A program made the translations under genes and the position numbers. Shown here in pieces: positions 39,880 to 52,014 of a DNA stretch of 64,000 bases (the stretch's first letter is position 1; every line of letters starts with the position of its first letter). The notes beneath the pieces are model-generated. The model was given only the letters and a program-made list of their open reading frames with translations, did not search any database and was not told where the DNA came from. Origin of the DNA: Octopus sinensis (Eukaryota); contig NC_043002.1 in the NCBI RefSeq assembly GCF_006345805.1, positions 35,278,001 to 35,342,000 of the forward strand. Reading direction: 5' to 3'.

Positions 39880-40745
39880 TCGGCGACCACAGCATCAGTG
39901 TTGGCGACCACAGCTTGCAGGTGGTGAACGAGTTCACTTACCTGGGATCGACGGTCTCCAGCAGCCTGTCCCTCGAGCCGGAGCTGAACAGACGGATTGG
40001 GAAGGCTGCTGCTACCATGGCTAAGCTCTCCAGGAGAGTGTGGGTAAACAACATGCTCACAATAACCACCAAGATCGCAGTGTACCGAGCCTGCGTGCTG
40101 AGCACCCTACTCTACGGCAGCGAGAGCTGGACAACATACACCCGGCAGGAATGCCGCCTCAGCGGCTTCCACATGCGGTGTCTTCGACGGATCCTTGGCA
40201 TCTCCTTGAAGGACCGAGTACCAAACGGAGTCATCCTGGAACAGACTAATATGCCAAGCATGTATGCCCTCCTCGTGCGGAGACGACTGCGCTGGCTCGG
40301 ACACGTCTGCCGCATGCAGGACGGTCGCATGCCTAAAGACATCCTGTACAGTGAACTCACCACAGGATCCCGACCCAAGGTACGTCCACAGCTACGATAC
40401 AGGGACGTGTGCAAGCGCGACCTGAGGACTGCCAACATCTGTTTGGACACGTGGGAGGAAACAGCTGCTGACCGCTCTGCCTGGCGTCGGACGGTGAGGA
40501 AAGGCGTTTCCATGGCTGAGGAGAGGAGAGCACAGCTGTGGTTGGACAGGTGGGACAGGAGGAGGACAACTGCAGCAACACCCCACACGTACCCATCGAT
40601 GTTCGTGTGCAGCAACTGTACCAAGGACTGCCACTCTAGAATTGGACTGTTCAGTCACAGCAGACGCTGCACATCATCAAAGTAGGCCCCACCCTTGGCG
40701 CAACCCATTGTCTATCAAGACAGACGGGGAATAAGAATATAAGAA
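39876..40745 (+). mobile_element. 5'-truncated RTE-BovB-like LINE, intact C-terminal ORF fragment
   Basis: Open frame to stop at 40685: [65 protein letters not shown]-terminal [18 protein letters not shown]. Short 3' UTR CCATTGTCTATCAAGACAGACGG. The first 51 codons of the tracked ORF are microsatellite. Confidence 0.92.
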
Positions 40746-40957
40746 AAATGAAAAAATTTCAGTGAAATCCATGTAAGTAGAGTCCTTATATCCAGAGGTA
40801 ATCTGGGTGGAGTGGTGGTATGTAGATAAAGAGAGGTGCAAAAAGTTCGGGAAGTAGTTGAGATATGCAAGGCCAAAAAATGGGAAGTTAAAGCAGAATA
40901 CCTGCTAGTTATCCATACACCTGTCTTTGTCGTGTTTTTCTATAAAGTTTGTGTGTG

Positions 40958-41880
<923 letters not shown>

Positions 41881-42519
41881 GGACATCACAAACGTGTGCA
41901 ACAAAAAAAAAATGAAGTATGTATACATAGAATATGAACAATTTTTTCGAACAACGAAAGACACAAATGGAAAACAAAACAAACAACACAAAGAACGACC
42001 CTTCATCTGTTGTTGGCTGTTTTTCTACTCTTGTATTTCGAGCCTTTAACTACAATAAACGCTTTCGATAAAACACTTGCTCCTGCAGAGCAAATTAAAT
42101 AAAATTTGGGATTTTGTGGCGGGTCAAAATTGGTAAGACAAACAGGACAGTGAAAACAAACAGGGAGGGCTGCTAAGCCTAAACAAGGTTGTGGTGGCGA
42201 ACGCATAAATCAAGCTTGGACAGGAGACAGACAAGAACATGTCTTCCTTGATCCAGCTACAGTGGAGAAAAAGAAAGAAACACAAGTTAGGAAAAGAAAG
42301 ATGGTTGATGGTCACATGGGAGCCATGTGAGCAAGGGAGGAAGAGTGAGGGAGAGAGAGTGACAGACAGAGAACTGTGAAGGGGAGAGGAAAAAATTGGA
42401 GAAAGGATAAGTGAGAAAAAACAGGAGGGGGAGAAGGGGAGGTAGAAGAAAAAATGAAAGAGTAATAGGATAGAATAATGAGAGAAGAGGAGGTAAAAGT
42501 ATAAGAGAGAGAAAGAGGC

Positions 42520-42992
42520 TTTTAATTTCTTTTAAACAATCCTCCACTGCCTCCACTGTTACTATTTCAATCCTTTTGGTAGCTATAGATAGCGTTCTAT
42601 AGATCACTGTCTTTTTCTCTGTCTTCTCAATTACTTCCTTGGGCAGGGTCAGCCTCAGGCTGTCTTCTTCCTTTTCTATCAGTTCGTTTAATTTCTTGAA
42701 ATTCGTCTCATCCAGTTGTATCTCTCTTACTTATAAAATATCCGCAGTCAGACTTTTTCCAGTTACTGCAGCGTAACTGCCTGCTGGAACTGGTCGACTC
42801 TCCAATACTTTGCTAGCAACAACTTCACCCATAAATGGGGAAGAAAACAACAAAAAATAACAGGTAACTAAAAATAATTCAACAATTAGGTGCGAGAGAC
42901 CTTCAACAATTAAACAACAAGCGACTTACATGAAGCGACTAACAGCAAATTACAACAGGGAATCAAACGACTCAACACCAAAGTGACTAACT
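42520..42992 (-). mobile_element. Putative 5' UTR and ORF1 N-terminus of a LINE (Tx1/L1-like)
   Basis: ATG at 42832: MGEVVASKVLESRPVPAGSYAAVTGKSLTADIL*VREIQLDETNFKKLNELIEKEEDSLRLTLPKEVIEKTEK, then a frameshift into IYRTLSIATKRIEIVTVEAVEDCLKEIKSL. SYAAV is typical of LINE ORF1 N-termini; the family assignment is inferred. Confidence 0.45.
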
Positions 42993-43010
42993 GTGTGGTT
43001 TGCTAGCTGA

Positions 43011-44130
43011 ATTTTTTATTAGGACAATAAATGTCATACACAGATGGTCCAATACAGGACAATATAAACAAAAAAAAAAGTTATGAGTTCGAATGATATT
43101 TGTGTTTTTTAAAATTTTAATGAAATAATTAGATTTAATTTATAGTCTTTTTTCTTTTGGGGAGGGGATTATGCCCGGTTGCCTCAAAGGCCCAGCGACT
43201 ACCCCTTTCCTTTTTTTTTCCAATTCAGATTAAGTAGGGTTACTTGCACCCACCTTTCTTAACACAGCCTTTCATCTTTCCTCAAACACACTTTGCGACA
43301 GGATCCTCTTCTCCAGCCCTATCTTGCTCTTCAGATGATACCTGAAGAATTGTAGCAAACCAGGGCCAGAGATGAAGGATCCCGTCACAAGTCCTTGCAT
43401 TCTAGTCTTCTACACACATTCTTTCAGCATAGCAACTGTACAGAAAAAACATACCTCACCTTCCTTTGAGAGTTCAGTGGGTGGTACAATCTTTATTATA
43501 GATTTAGCCAATAGCTGTACTCTTCCTAAATGCAACAACACATGTTCAACGTAAATCATCATGCCTGACAGCTCCCGGCAATGTGCAAGGACGTGCTGGA
43601 TGGTTTCATCATCCAGCCCACATCTTAGATATGTCATTGGCATTCAATTAGTCTTCCTCATTCTCAACACAATCAAAGAGATCTTATGCCACTGAAACCC
43701 GTGTATCTTTTTGGTCAGCTGAAAGCAGTTTTGGCACAAACTTGACAGACATGCATTTCATACCCAAATCTTGACTGATAATGAACTGAACTGTAACTAA
43801 TCTGCACATCCTTTGATAGCTCACGGATGATGATTCAATGATTTCCTCTCACAGCTGCACACACATCTGCAATGTTTTACTTATTTCTGCTGGTTGCGGG
43901 TCTCCCAGAACGTTTGTCAATATCGAAATTCTTTCAGCCATCATGGAAATGCCTGAACCACTCGTACACTTGTGTGAGGCCCATACACTCCTCTCCATAC
44001 ACTTTCTGCAACCTTGCATAGGCCTCTGAGCAGGTGTCACCATGACAACTTTCTATGTCATGTTCAATGCGCCAATCACATGCTACACACTTTCCTTCCA
44101 AGCACTGCTATAAACTGAGGAAGTGAGCTA
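43011..44130 (-). mobile_element. 3' end of a Tx1/L1-clade LINE
   Basis: ORF 43410-43643 contains RCGLDDETIQHVLAHC (L1/Tx1 CCHC knuckle) followed by a typical C-terminus, a 3' UTR and AATAAA (43020-43015). Confidence 0.75.
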
Positions 44131-44349
44131 GTGACTTAAATTTTAGTGCACATGCACAGCCGAATTCAAGGTCAATCTTTACCAAGTGGCTTCACTCTGC
44201 ATGCTTTAGTTTTGTTACTATGGCGACAGTCCGGATACTTATTGATTAGACCTCATATATATATATCTACCTATGTATATATATTTATTACATGTTTATA
44301 CACACACACACACACGTTTATGTGTATATATATATATATATATATATAG

Positions 44350-44612
44350 GTCGTTGCCAGTGTTGCTGGACTGGCTCCTGTGCAGGTGGCACGTAAAAAG
44401 CACCATTTGGGCATGGCCGTTGCCAGTACCATCAAACTGGCCCTCGTGCCGGTGGCACGTAAAAGCACCCACTACACTCTCAGTGTGGTTGGCATTAGGA
44501 AGGGCATCCAGCTGTAGAAACTCTGCCAGATCAGATTGGAGTCTGGTTCGCCAGACCTCAGTCAAATCGTCCAAGCCATGCTAGCATGGAAAGCGGACGT
44601 TAAATGATGATG
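44350..44612 (+). mobile_element. RTE 3' UTR/tail fragment with two GGTGGCACGTAAAA units
   Basis: Aligns with 37759-38000 (reverse complement); ends GCGGACGTTAAATGATGATGAT; flanked by (AT)n. Confidence 0.8.
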
Positions 44613-45606
44613 ATTTATATATATATATATATTGCAGACATGAAAGTAAATTTTGAATGCAGTAAAGCTGTAAGAACAGCAGAGAAAGATTGGGTATTTA
44701 CCCTTATAAGACAGAAGAACATTGCCAGAAGACATATGTGTACATATACATAGATGTATACATATATGCAGAAAATTGTAAAATATTACTTAATTGCGAT
44801 ACTGTAAGAACTTTTCTAGTGCAAATATAAATATATGTATACATACATACATGTATATATATGCATGCATGTACACACACACACATACATATATGCTGCA
44901 ACTGCAATGTTGATCAAGATAATTTAATTCAATAAACAGTTTATTGTTTATAGTTAATTTGATACATATGAACAAGCATAATAGTAAAATGTACTGAAAA
45001 TTCTAATCCTGTTAAGAGCTGTTTTACTGTTGCTTATATTTCAATATTTTAAGTGCAAGTTTAAATAGATACTTTCTGTGTTGAGTAATTATATGTATGT
45101 GTATTGAAAATGAATGTATTAATTTTACTGTGCTAAGAGGAGTAAAAAATATTAAGTTTGGTGCTATAATTTTGTCTTTATTAAAAGTAAGGATAGTTAA
45201 TATTTATGAAGTTAACAAACACACAGAGTGAAAAGTCCACAAATAATTGACTCTGTCTTTGTGTTCATTAAATGATTGTTAAAGGCACATTTTATTTATG
45301 TTGCCCAAGATATGTCAAACATATGTACAATTTTTAAGCTCTGGATTTAAGGAAGAGTAGCAGAGGAGGTATGAATTTACATCTGATCATAAATATTAAA
45401 CTGTCTCCATGGCAAGGAACAAGACTGACTTAAAGTACCTAGTAAATAAGACACAAAAATAAATTACTTTTAGAAATGTACCAAATTGATCAGAAACTGG
45501 ATGTAATTCCTCAATAGAACTCAAACTTTTTAATTATCTTTCTTAAGAAAAAAAGGCATTGCTTTGGGAGCATTTCTGTCACTGTGTTGTATGAATGTCA
45601 AGGAAT

Positions 45607-45832
45607 GTGGAGGCGCAATGGCCTAGTGGTTAGGGCAGCGGACTTGCGGTCGGAGGATCGCGGTTTCGATTCCCAGACCGGGCGTTGTGTGTGTTTATTG
45701 AGCGAAAACACCTAAAAGCTCCACGAGGCTCCGGCAGGAGGTGGTGATCCCTGCTGTACTCAAAAGGCGGTGCTCCAGCATGGCCGCAGTCAAATGACTG
45801 AAACAAGTACAAAAAAAAAAAAAAAAAAAAAA
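45607..45832 (+). mobile_element. Young tRNA-headed SINE with OR-type tail and A22
   Basis: A-box TGGCCTAGTGG, B-box GGTTTCGATTCC; 45763-45809 matches 60406-60452 at 46/47; poly(A) at 45811-45832. Confidence 0.9.
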
Positions 45833-46779
45833 TAGTAGTCAGTCCCATTCAGTTTTGAAAATAACTGTTGAAATTAGGAGTAATTATCATGATTAGTATA
45901 ATTATTAATCTACTTTAGTAAAATCAAGTTTTCAAGCAGAAACAGTTTCAGATTTGTAGGTTTCATATTTATGAGTAGAAGATGAATTCTAAAGCTTTGT
46001 TGCAACACAGGAAGCTTTTGACTTATTCAATTATTTTTACTTTGTTGAATGATGGAAGTTCCCAGTAACATAAAAATAAAATTTAGGAGCACTTAACGCT
46101 TTGAGTTTCTGAGTCAAAAATCCATCACAACCCAAACTTTTTTAATGAACCTTATGAATAGTTTAGTTACTAACATGCACACACGAGTGGAGAAAATTCA
46201 TTAGTAGTTCCTTAAAAATAGAACATCTACAGATCACAAGCTAAAAATGCTAATTAAATTTTAAGTGTTCTATTTCACAATTATCAAATATTAATTAATT
46301 GCAATACTGCAAATATTAAAGTTTATAAGTATTTAAATTTTTTCAATTGAACAGAATATGGTATCAAATAGCAAAATACCAACAGTTTTCATTATTATAG
46401 ATTTAACATTCCATATTACCTAACGAAATGATTAAATTAGGCCACAAGTTGATACTTTTTTAAAGCTTCTCATTTTTACATTTTGCATACTTGCAGTAAA
46501 TTTTCAAATTTACTCAAAGAGATTTTGCAGAAGTGATAAGTGTTAGACATACTGAGCATGTTTTAAAACTTGATGCTCAGAAAATGAATTGGATGTCAAT
46601 TTGACATTTGACTCCTTTTTAATATTTCAAAAATATCAGACATGGTTATAGGGAAGTTCACTTCAAAATCATGTCGTTTCACATTCAGTTTTATTGCATG
46701 GCACTTTGATTAAGGGCAACTAATGCTTTACAATATACATATAATATTTATAATGCTTTGCAATATATATATATATTAT

Positions 46780-46805
<26 letters not shown>

Positions 46806-46812
<7 letters not shown>

Positions 46813-46957
46813 TTGTAAAAAAGAAGTTTGAAAACGCCACTATATTAGATAAATTTTAATTTTCTTATGAATTTGCCTCGACCGAGGCAAATTCATAAGA
46901 AAATTAAAATTTATCTAATATAGTGGCGTTTTCAAACTTCTTTTTTACAAATATATA
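46806..46957. repeat. Perfect inverted repeat, 75-bp arms, 2-nt spacer
   Basis: 46806-46880 is the exact reverse complement of 46883-46957 (checked base by base); spacer AC. Confidence 0.97.
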
Positions 46958-46983
46958 CCCACTCGTATACGATCTACTCTTAT

Positions 46984-47027
<44 letters not shown>

Positions 47028-49004
47028 AAGTTATCTTACACACAAGTAAGATAATAGGAAAATTGATTTGGAGGTGAAAATACACATGGGTCTGAAAATG
47101 AAATGTAGTTTTAAAGAAATATTTTAATCTAGTAAAATGCCATTTCAGTTTCAATAACTTATTTTATTTTTCAATGGTAAATAAAACTGAGATGAAGATC
47201 TAAAAGAAAGTGAATGCACAAGAAAAAGTTTCAAAGGATAACATTTGCTCAAAATTAAATGCTCTATAGGTTTCATAGTAATAAATTAGACATGAAGACT
47301 TTAATGTACAAGAAACAATTTTTTTACAAGTTCTGTCATATTGTATGAAGGTGAATTGTTTGTTATTTGCTTTATTTGTTCAAACATGAAACTTGAACTA
47401 TTTTTCAAGCTGATATCGCTTTGTATATATTGATACTAAGACAGGTTTAAATCCTAATTGGCTAAAGACATCGCTTGTTTTTGTCTGCCTGTGACCTAGC
47501 ATTCTGGTGGGCTATCTGGGCAAGTCATTTGTTTATCATATGTTCTGGTCACATTATTGTTAGTCCAGTATTCTAGTTGGTTAACTGCCTGGTGATGTCA
47601 TTTGATTATCAACTTGTTTTTGTACAATAGTAGTCCAGCACTCTGGTTGGTTGTCTGTAGATGTCATTTGTTTACGAAATGTCCTGGTTTCTTGTTAATG
47701 GTTGACAACAGGAAGAGCATTCATTCATTCCAGTGTACAATCTTGCATCAATTAACTTCCTGTCTAACCCAATGTTTTCAATCATGGTCTTGGATTGAGC
47801 AATAAATTTGCAAGCAAAAATTTGTTGCATGTGTGTGTATGTGCATATACACTTACACATTTTCACTGATATATTTTAGTAAAGGATATATATTTGTCAA
47901 GTAACCTAAATATCAATGTTTTATAAACAAGGTCAATGAGCCATTTTTCTGTAATCAAATTAGACATTCTTTTATCATTCTTGCCATCAAAAATGCAAAC
48001 CATTGATCCATTATGAACCTTTAACTAATAAAGCTATTGTTTACATACTTTGACATACAATAAATTATTAATAAACAAATGAAGCACAGAGCACTAAAAA
48101 TAAACATAACTGCCCACAAATTTTAAATTCAGACAGAAAAAAAGTATGAATGAATAGAAATTTTGTGAATTAACAACATTTATTTGAATCAATAATCATG
48201 TAATTTTTTTTTTTTTAAATTTCCTGTTAATTTGAATGATAAATGAATAAAGACCTTGAGAAGTGAACATATAACAAACCAGCTGACAAAATTAAGAGTT
48301 GGCTTAATGTGTCTATTTTGATAAGACAATCAAAAGATGCAGATAAAGGAAACCTTTATAACGGAGCAGCTGTACAGGGTGGAAGCAAGACAGATGTTTG
48401 TGGATGGTATTTTTGAAAAATTGTAATTTTAAACAGAAAATGTAAAATGAAATACGAATGGTGCATCTGTTTTGTTTGTTGCTATTCATAGACTTGCAGA
48501 ATAGCTTCTGTTTTACTCTTAACCATCATTTATCTACATTCTGTTATTTTTCTAAAAATTGTTTCTACTCCTTATTCCTGGAACCTTTCTCAAAGAACAT
48601 TATTTTCTCAAGTCTTTTGCTTGAACCAATAAACATCTCCCATATCAGTTGCTTTGTTTAAACAACTAAATTGAGGGATGCACAAGGTTGACACAATAAA
48701 TGCGGGTTATTTTGAAATCGTTTTTCTTCTTAGAAAAAACTTTTTATTTCACTACTTATTTAACAAGCAGATATACATGATTTCATACATTTACTACAAA
48801 CCCAAACAATTATTTAAATATTACCTGCTTTATCACAGTCATGACAACTTACAACATCTTTATTCCTGAGTGTACTATCTTTAATTTCCAACAATTTTAT
48901 TTCTCTCACAAAATCATAGGCAGGAAGTTTCTACCTTACTAAAGTTACCTTATCTCACTAAACATTTAAAATGTTACACATTAAACATCTATTATATAAT
49001 TCAA

Positions 49005-49066
49005 CAACAGGTGGGTATAAATAATATGAAGGTTTATACCTTCATATTATTTATACCCACCTGTTG
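49005..49066. repeat. Perfect inverted repeat, 29-bp arms, 4-nt loop
   Basis: CAACAGGTGGGTATAAATAATATGAAGGT-TTAT-ACCTTCATATTATTTATACCCACCTGTTG. Confidence 0.97.
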
Positions 49067-49091
49067 CAAGCTGTCTTTTTGTTTCTAAGTA

Positions 49092-51326
49092 CAGTGGTAT
49101 CGTGTCTTATGAGTGGTCTTACGAGTGTCCCAACTAATGAGTTTTTCGAGATACAAGCCATCTCTCAGCTTATTTTTTGCTTTGAGTTGTGAGCTAAAAT
49201 TCAGGTTATGAGCCAGGTTCAGATACCCCACCACTAATTGACATAACGAATGTCACAATGAATGTTTTAACATCCACCCAGCATCCTGTGCCTCACTTGA
49301 TAGCTAGACAGATATTCAAATTAGCAAGTGCAAAGACCACTAGTAGATTGATAGCTAGAAAAACGTGCACATTAGCATGTGTGAATATCCTTAGTGGGTC
49401 ATTAGCTAGACTAGTGTTAAAATGCTTACTTAATCGTTGCAGGCTACAGAAGTATCAATGTTGTGCTCGCAATTGTGCTTGTAGTTATTTTGCAAAACTT
49501 CCAAAGAAAGTGCAAAGGACAGGGCTGAGAAGAAGAAGCAGATGATGGGCATTGAATTAAAGAAAGAAATTACCGAAAAACATGACCAAGGTGTGCATGT
49601 AGCCAATATGATGAAGCAGTATGAGTGTAACACTTCTATGATCTGCACCATACTGAAGCAGGAGTTGATAAAGGCAATAACACCAGCCAAGGGCATTAAA
49701 ATAATTTCTAAACAACAGACATCTATCTATGAAAATATGCAGAAGCTGCTGATGATGTGGTTGACGGAGAAGCTTGCAGGAGATACTATAATGGAGGTTA
49801 TAATCTGCGAGAATGCATGAGCTATTTACACCGATTTGCTGCAGCAGATCCCAGAAACTTGTACAGATGAGGCATTGGGCAAGCTGTTTAAAGCTAGTTG
49901 GGGCTGTTTTGAGAATTAAAAAAAAAAGACCAGTTAGGCAGTGAGAGCAGATATGAAAGCAGCTGAGGATCACCTCAAAACTTTTGCCAGAATTATAGCA
50001 GCCAAAGGATACATCCCCCAGTAAGTCTTCAAATGTGATGAGACAGGGCTTTTTTGGAAGAAGATGCCATGGAGGACTTATATAACGGCAATGGAGAAGA
50101 GGATGCCAGGCCACAAACCCATGAAAGATAGGCTGACCCTTGCACTGTGCGCCAGTTTGAGCAGTGACTAAGACTAAGCCTTTAAGTCACATAAAATTCT
50201 AAAAGAAAAATTGCACATCAAGTGATGGGTTAATCCAAGGGCATGGATCACCAGGTAGTTCTCTGTGGAGTGAGTGAATTTGGTCTTTGGTCCTGAGGTT
50301 AAGAAATATCTCCAGGAAAATAACCTAACCCTGCAAGCTCTTCTCATCTTAGACAATGCACCTGCTCACCCACCTAACCTCGAAGATGACATCCTCGTAG
50401 GGTTCAAGTTTATAAAGGCTCTCTACCTTCCACCCAACACTATCCCTCTCCTGTAGCCCATTGACCAACAGAAGGTTTCTGATTTCAAGAAGCTCTTCAC
50501 CAAGCACCTGTTCCACTGATGCTTTGAGGTGACAGAGAGCACAAACATCACCCTTTGAGAGTTCTGGAAGAACTACTATAATATCATGATATGCCTCAGA
50601 ATTATCGATATGGCCTGGCAGGGTGTTACAAAAAGGAGCTTGACCTCTGCGTGGAAGAAGCTGTGGCCTGAGGTTGTGTCAGAAACAGGCTTTGTAACAC
50701 TTGAACCTGAAGCGGAAGTGGTGAAGGAGATTGCATCCCTTGGCAAGTCCATGGGCCTGGATGTAGATGAAGATAACATCAATTAGCTCATCAAGGAGCA
50801 CGCCAAGGAACTGACAATGGAAGAGCTAAAGGAGCTACAGATGCAGCAGCATACAGAAGTTTTGCAGGAATAGGTGATGCAGAGGAGACAAAGGTTATCT
50901 CTACAAGTGCAATAAAGGAAATGTTGGGAATGTGAGAGAAACTTTCAGACTTTATTCAAAAGAAACACCCAGAGAAGTTACAACTGGGTGAGTGACGGTG
51001 CTATTTAATGACACTTGCTTAACTCATTTCAGAAGTTATTCTGAAAATGAGGATGAAACAGACCTTATTGGACAGGTTTTTATTGAGAATTCCTGCAGAT
51101 GAAAGTGAGGAAAGCATGGAGAAAAGGGCAAAAATCAGCAAATAAAATTCTGTTATTCAGTTGAGCCTTTCTCCTCCACCTCCATCAACATCCTCAAGTC
51201 ATTTGATCTTTAAGGTAAATGGCATTTCAATTCATTTCAATGGGGAAATTTGATTTGATGTACGAGTAATTTGAGTTACGAGCTCCATTACGGAATGAAT
51301 TAAACTCATAAGTCAAGGCACCACTG
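49092..51326 (+). mobile_element. Full-length, inactivated Tigger/pogo-family DNA transposon
   Basis: TA|CAGTGGTATCGTGTCTTATGAGT left TIR and ACTCATAAGTCAAGGCACCACTG|TA right TIR. CENP-B-type HTH fragment (ORF 49542-49820), CDETGLFWKKMP (~50030-50070), LLILDNAPAHP..LPPNT..L*PIDQ (ORF 50274-50456). Many stops and frameshifts. Confidence 0.95.
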
Positions 51327-51559
51327 TATTCTGCTTTGTAACTATAATTAAACTCTTATAAAATTTATATTAATTATAGAGCTTTTTTGGACTAAGATAC
51401 TCTATCTAGCATTTGATAACCTGAAGAAGGCACTTGACAGGTTTCCATTCTCTGTAATCCAGTGATTGCATGCAATCTATGTCCAGTGGTGCTGTTAGCA
51501 AGGTAAGATTAAGCAGAGTTCAGTGTTGGATTTAGCATACTCTGTTCTCAGCCTACTTT

Positions 51560-51975
51560 TGCTTATAGGCCCACCAGGCCATAACAAAGTAGTCTGAGAA
51601 CAGCTGCTTTTGGGGACTCTTGTATAGTGATGATTTAGTTATCATAGCTGAGTTGATCAAAGATATAGAGAGGAAATTCCGAACTTGGAAACAAAATTTA
51701 TAACTGAGAGCCAAAAAGTAAACCTAACAATGACTAAAGTTTTAGAAGTGGCTGAAATTCATAAGCAGAAAATTAGAGAGGAATTCCACAGAGTGTACCC
51801 AGCAAAAAACTATTGATACACAAACTAAAGTGAGATCACAAGCAAGCTGACAGGGAAAGTAAAATACATGTACAGCAGACACACAAAAGTAGTTAACAGT
51901 AAGACCACATGTGAAATAAATTACTTCAAATGCTCAGAGGTCTCTGAAAATAATGACATACAAGTTTTGCTTAAG
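51560..51975 (+). mobile_element. Decayed RTE fragment (YSDD to finger region)
   Basis: CTCTTGTATAGTGATGATTTAG = LLYSDDL; AACCTAACAATGACTAAAGTT = NLTMTKV. Confidence 0.6.
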
Positions 51976-52014
51976 GCCAACAGAACTATTCTATCATGTG
52001 CACATTTACCCTTT

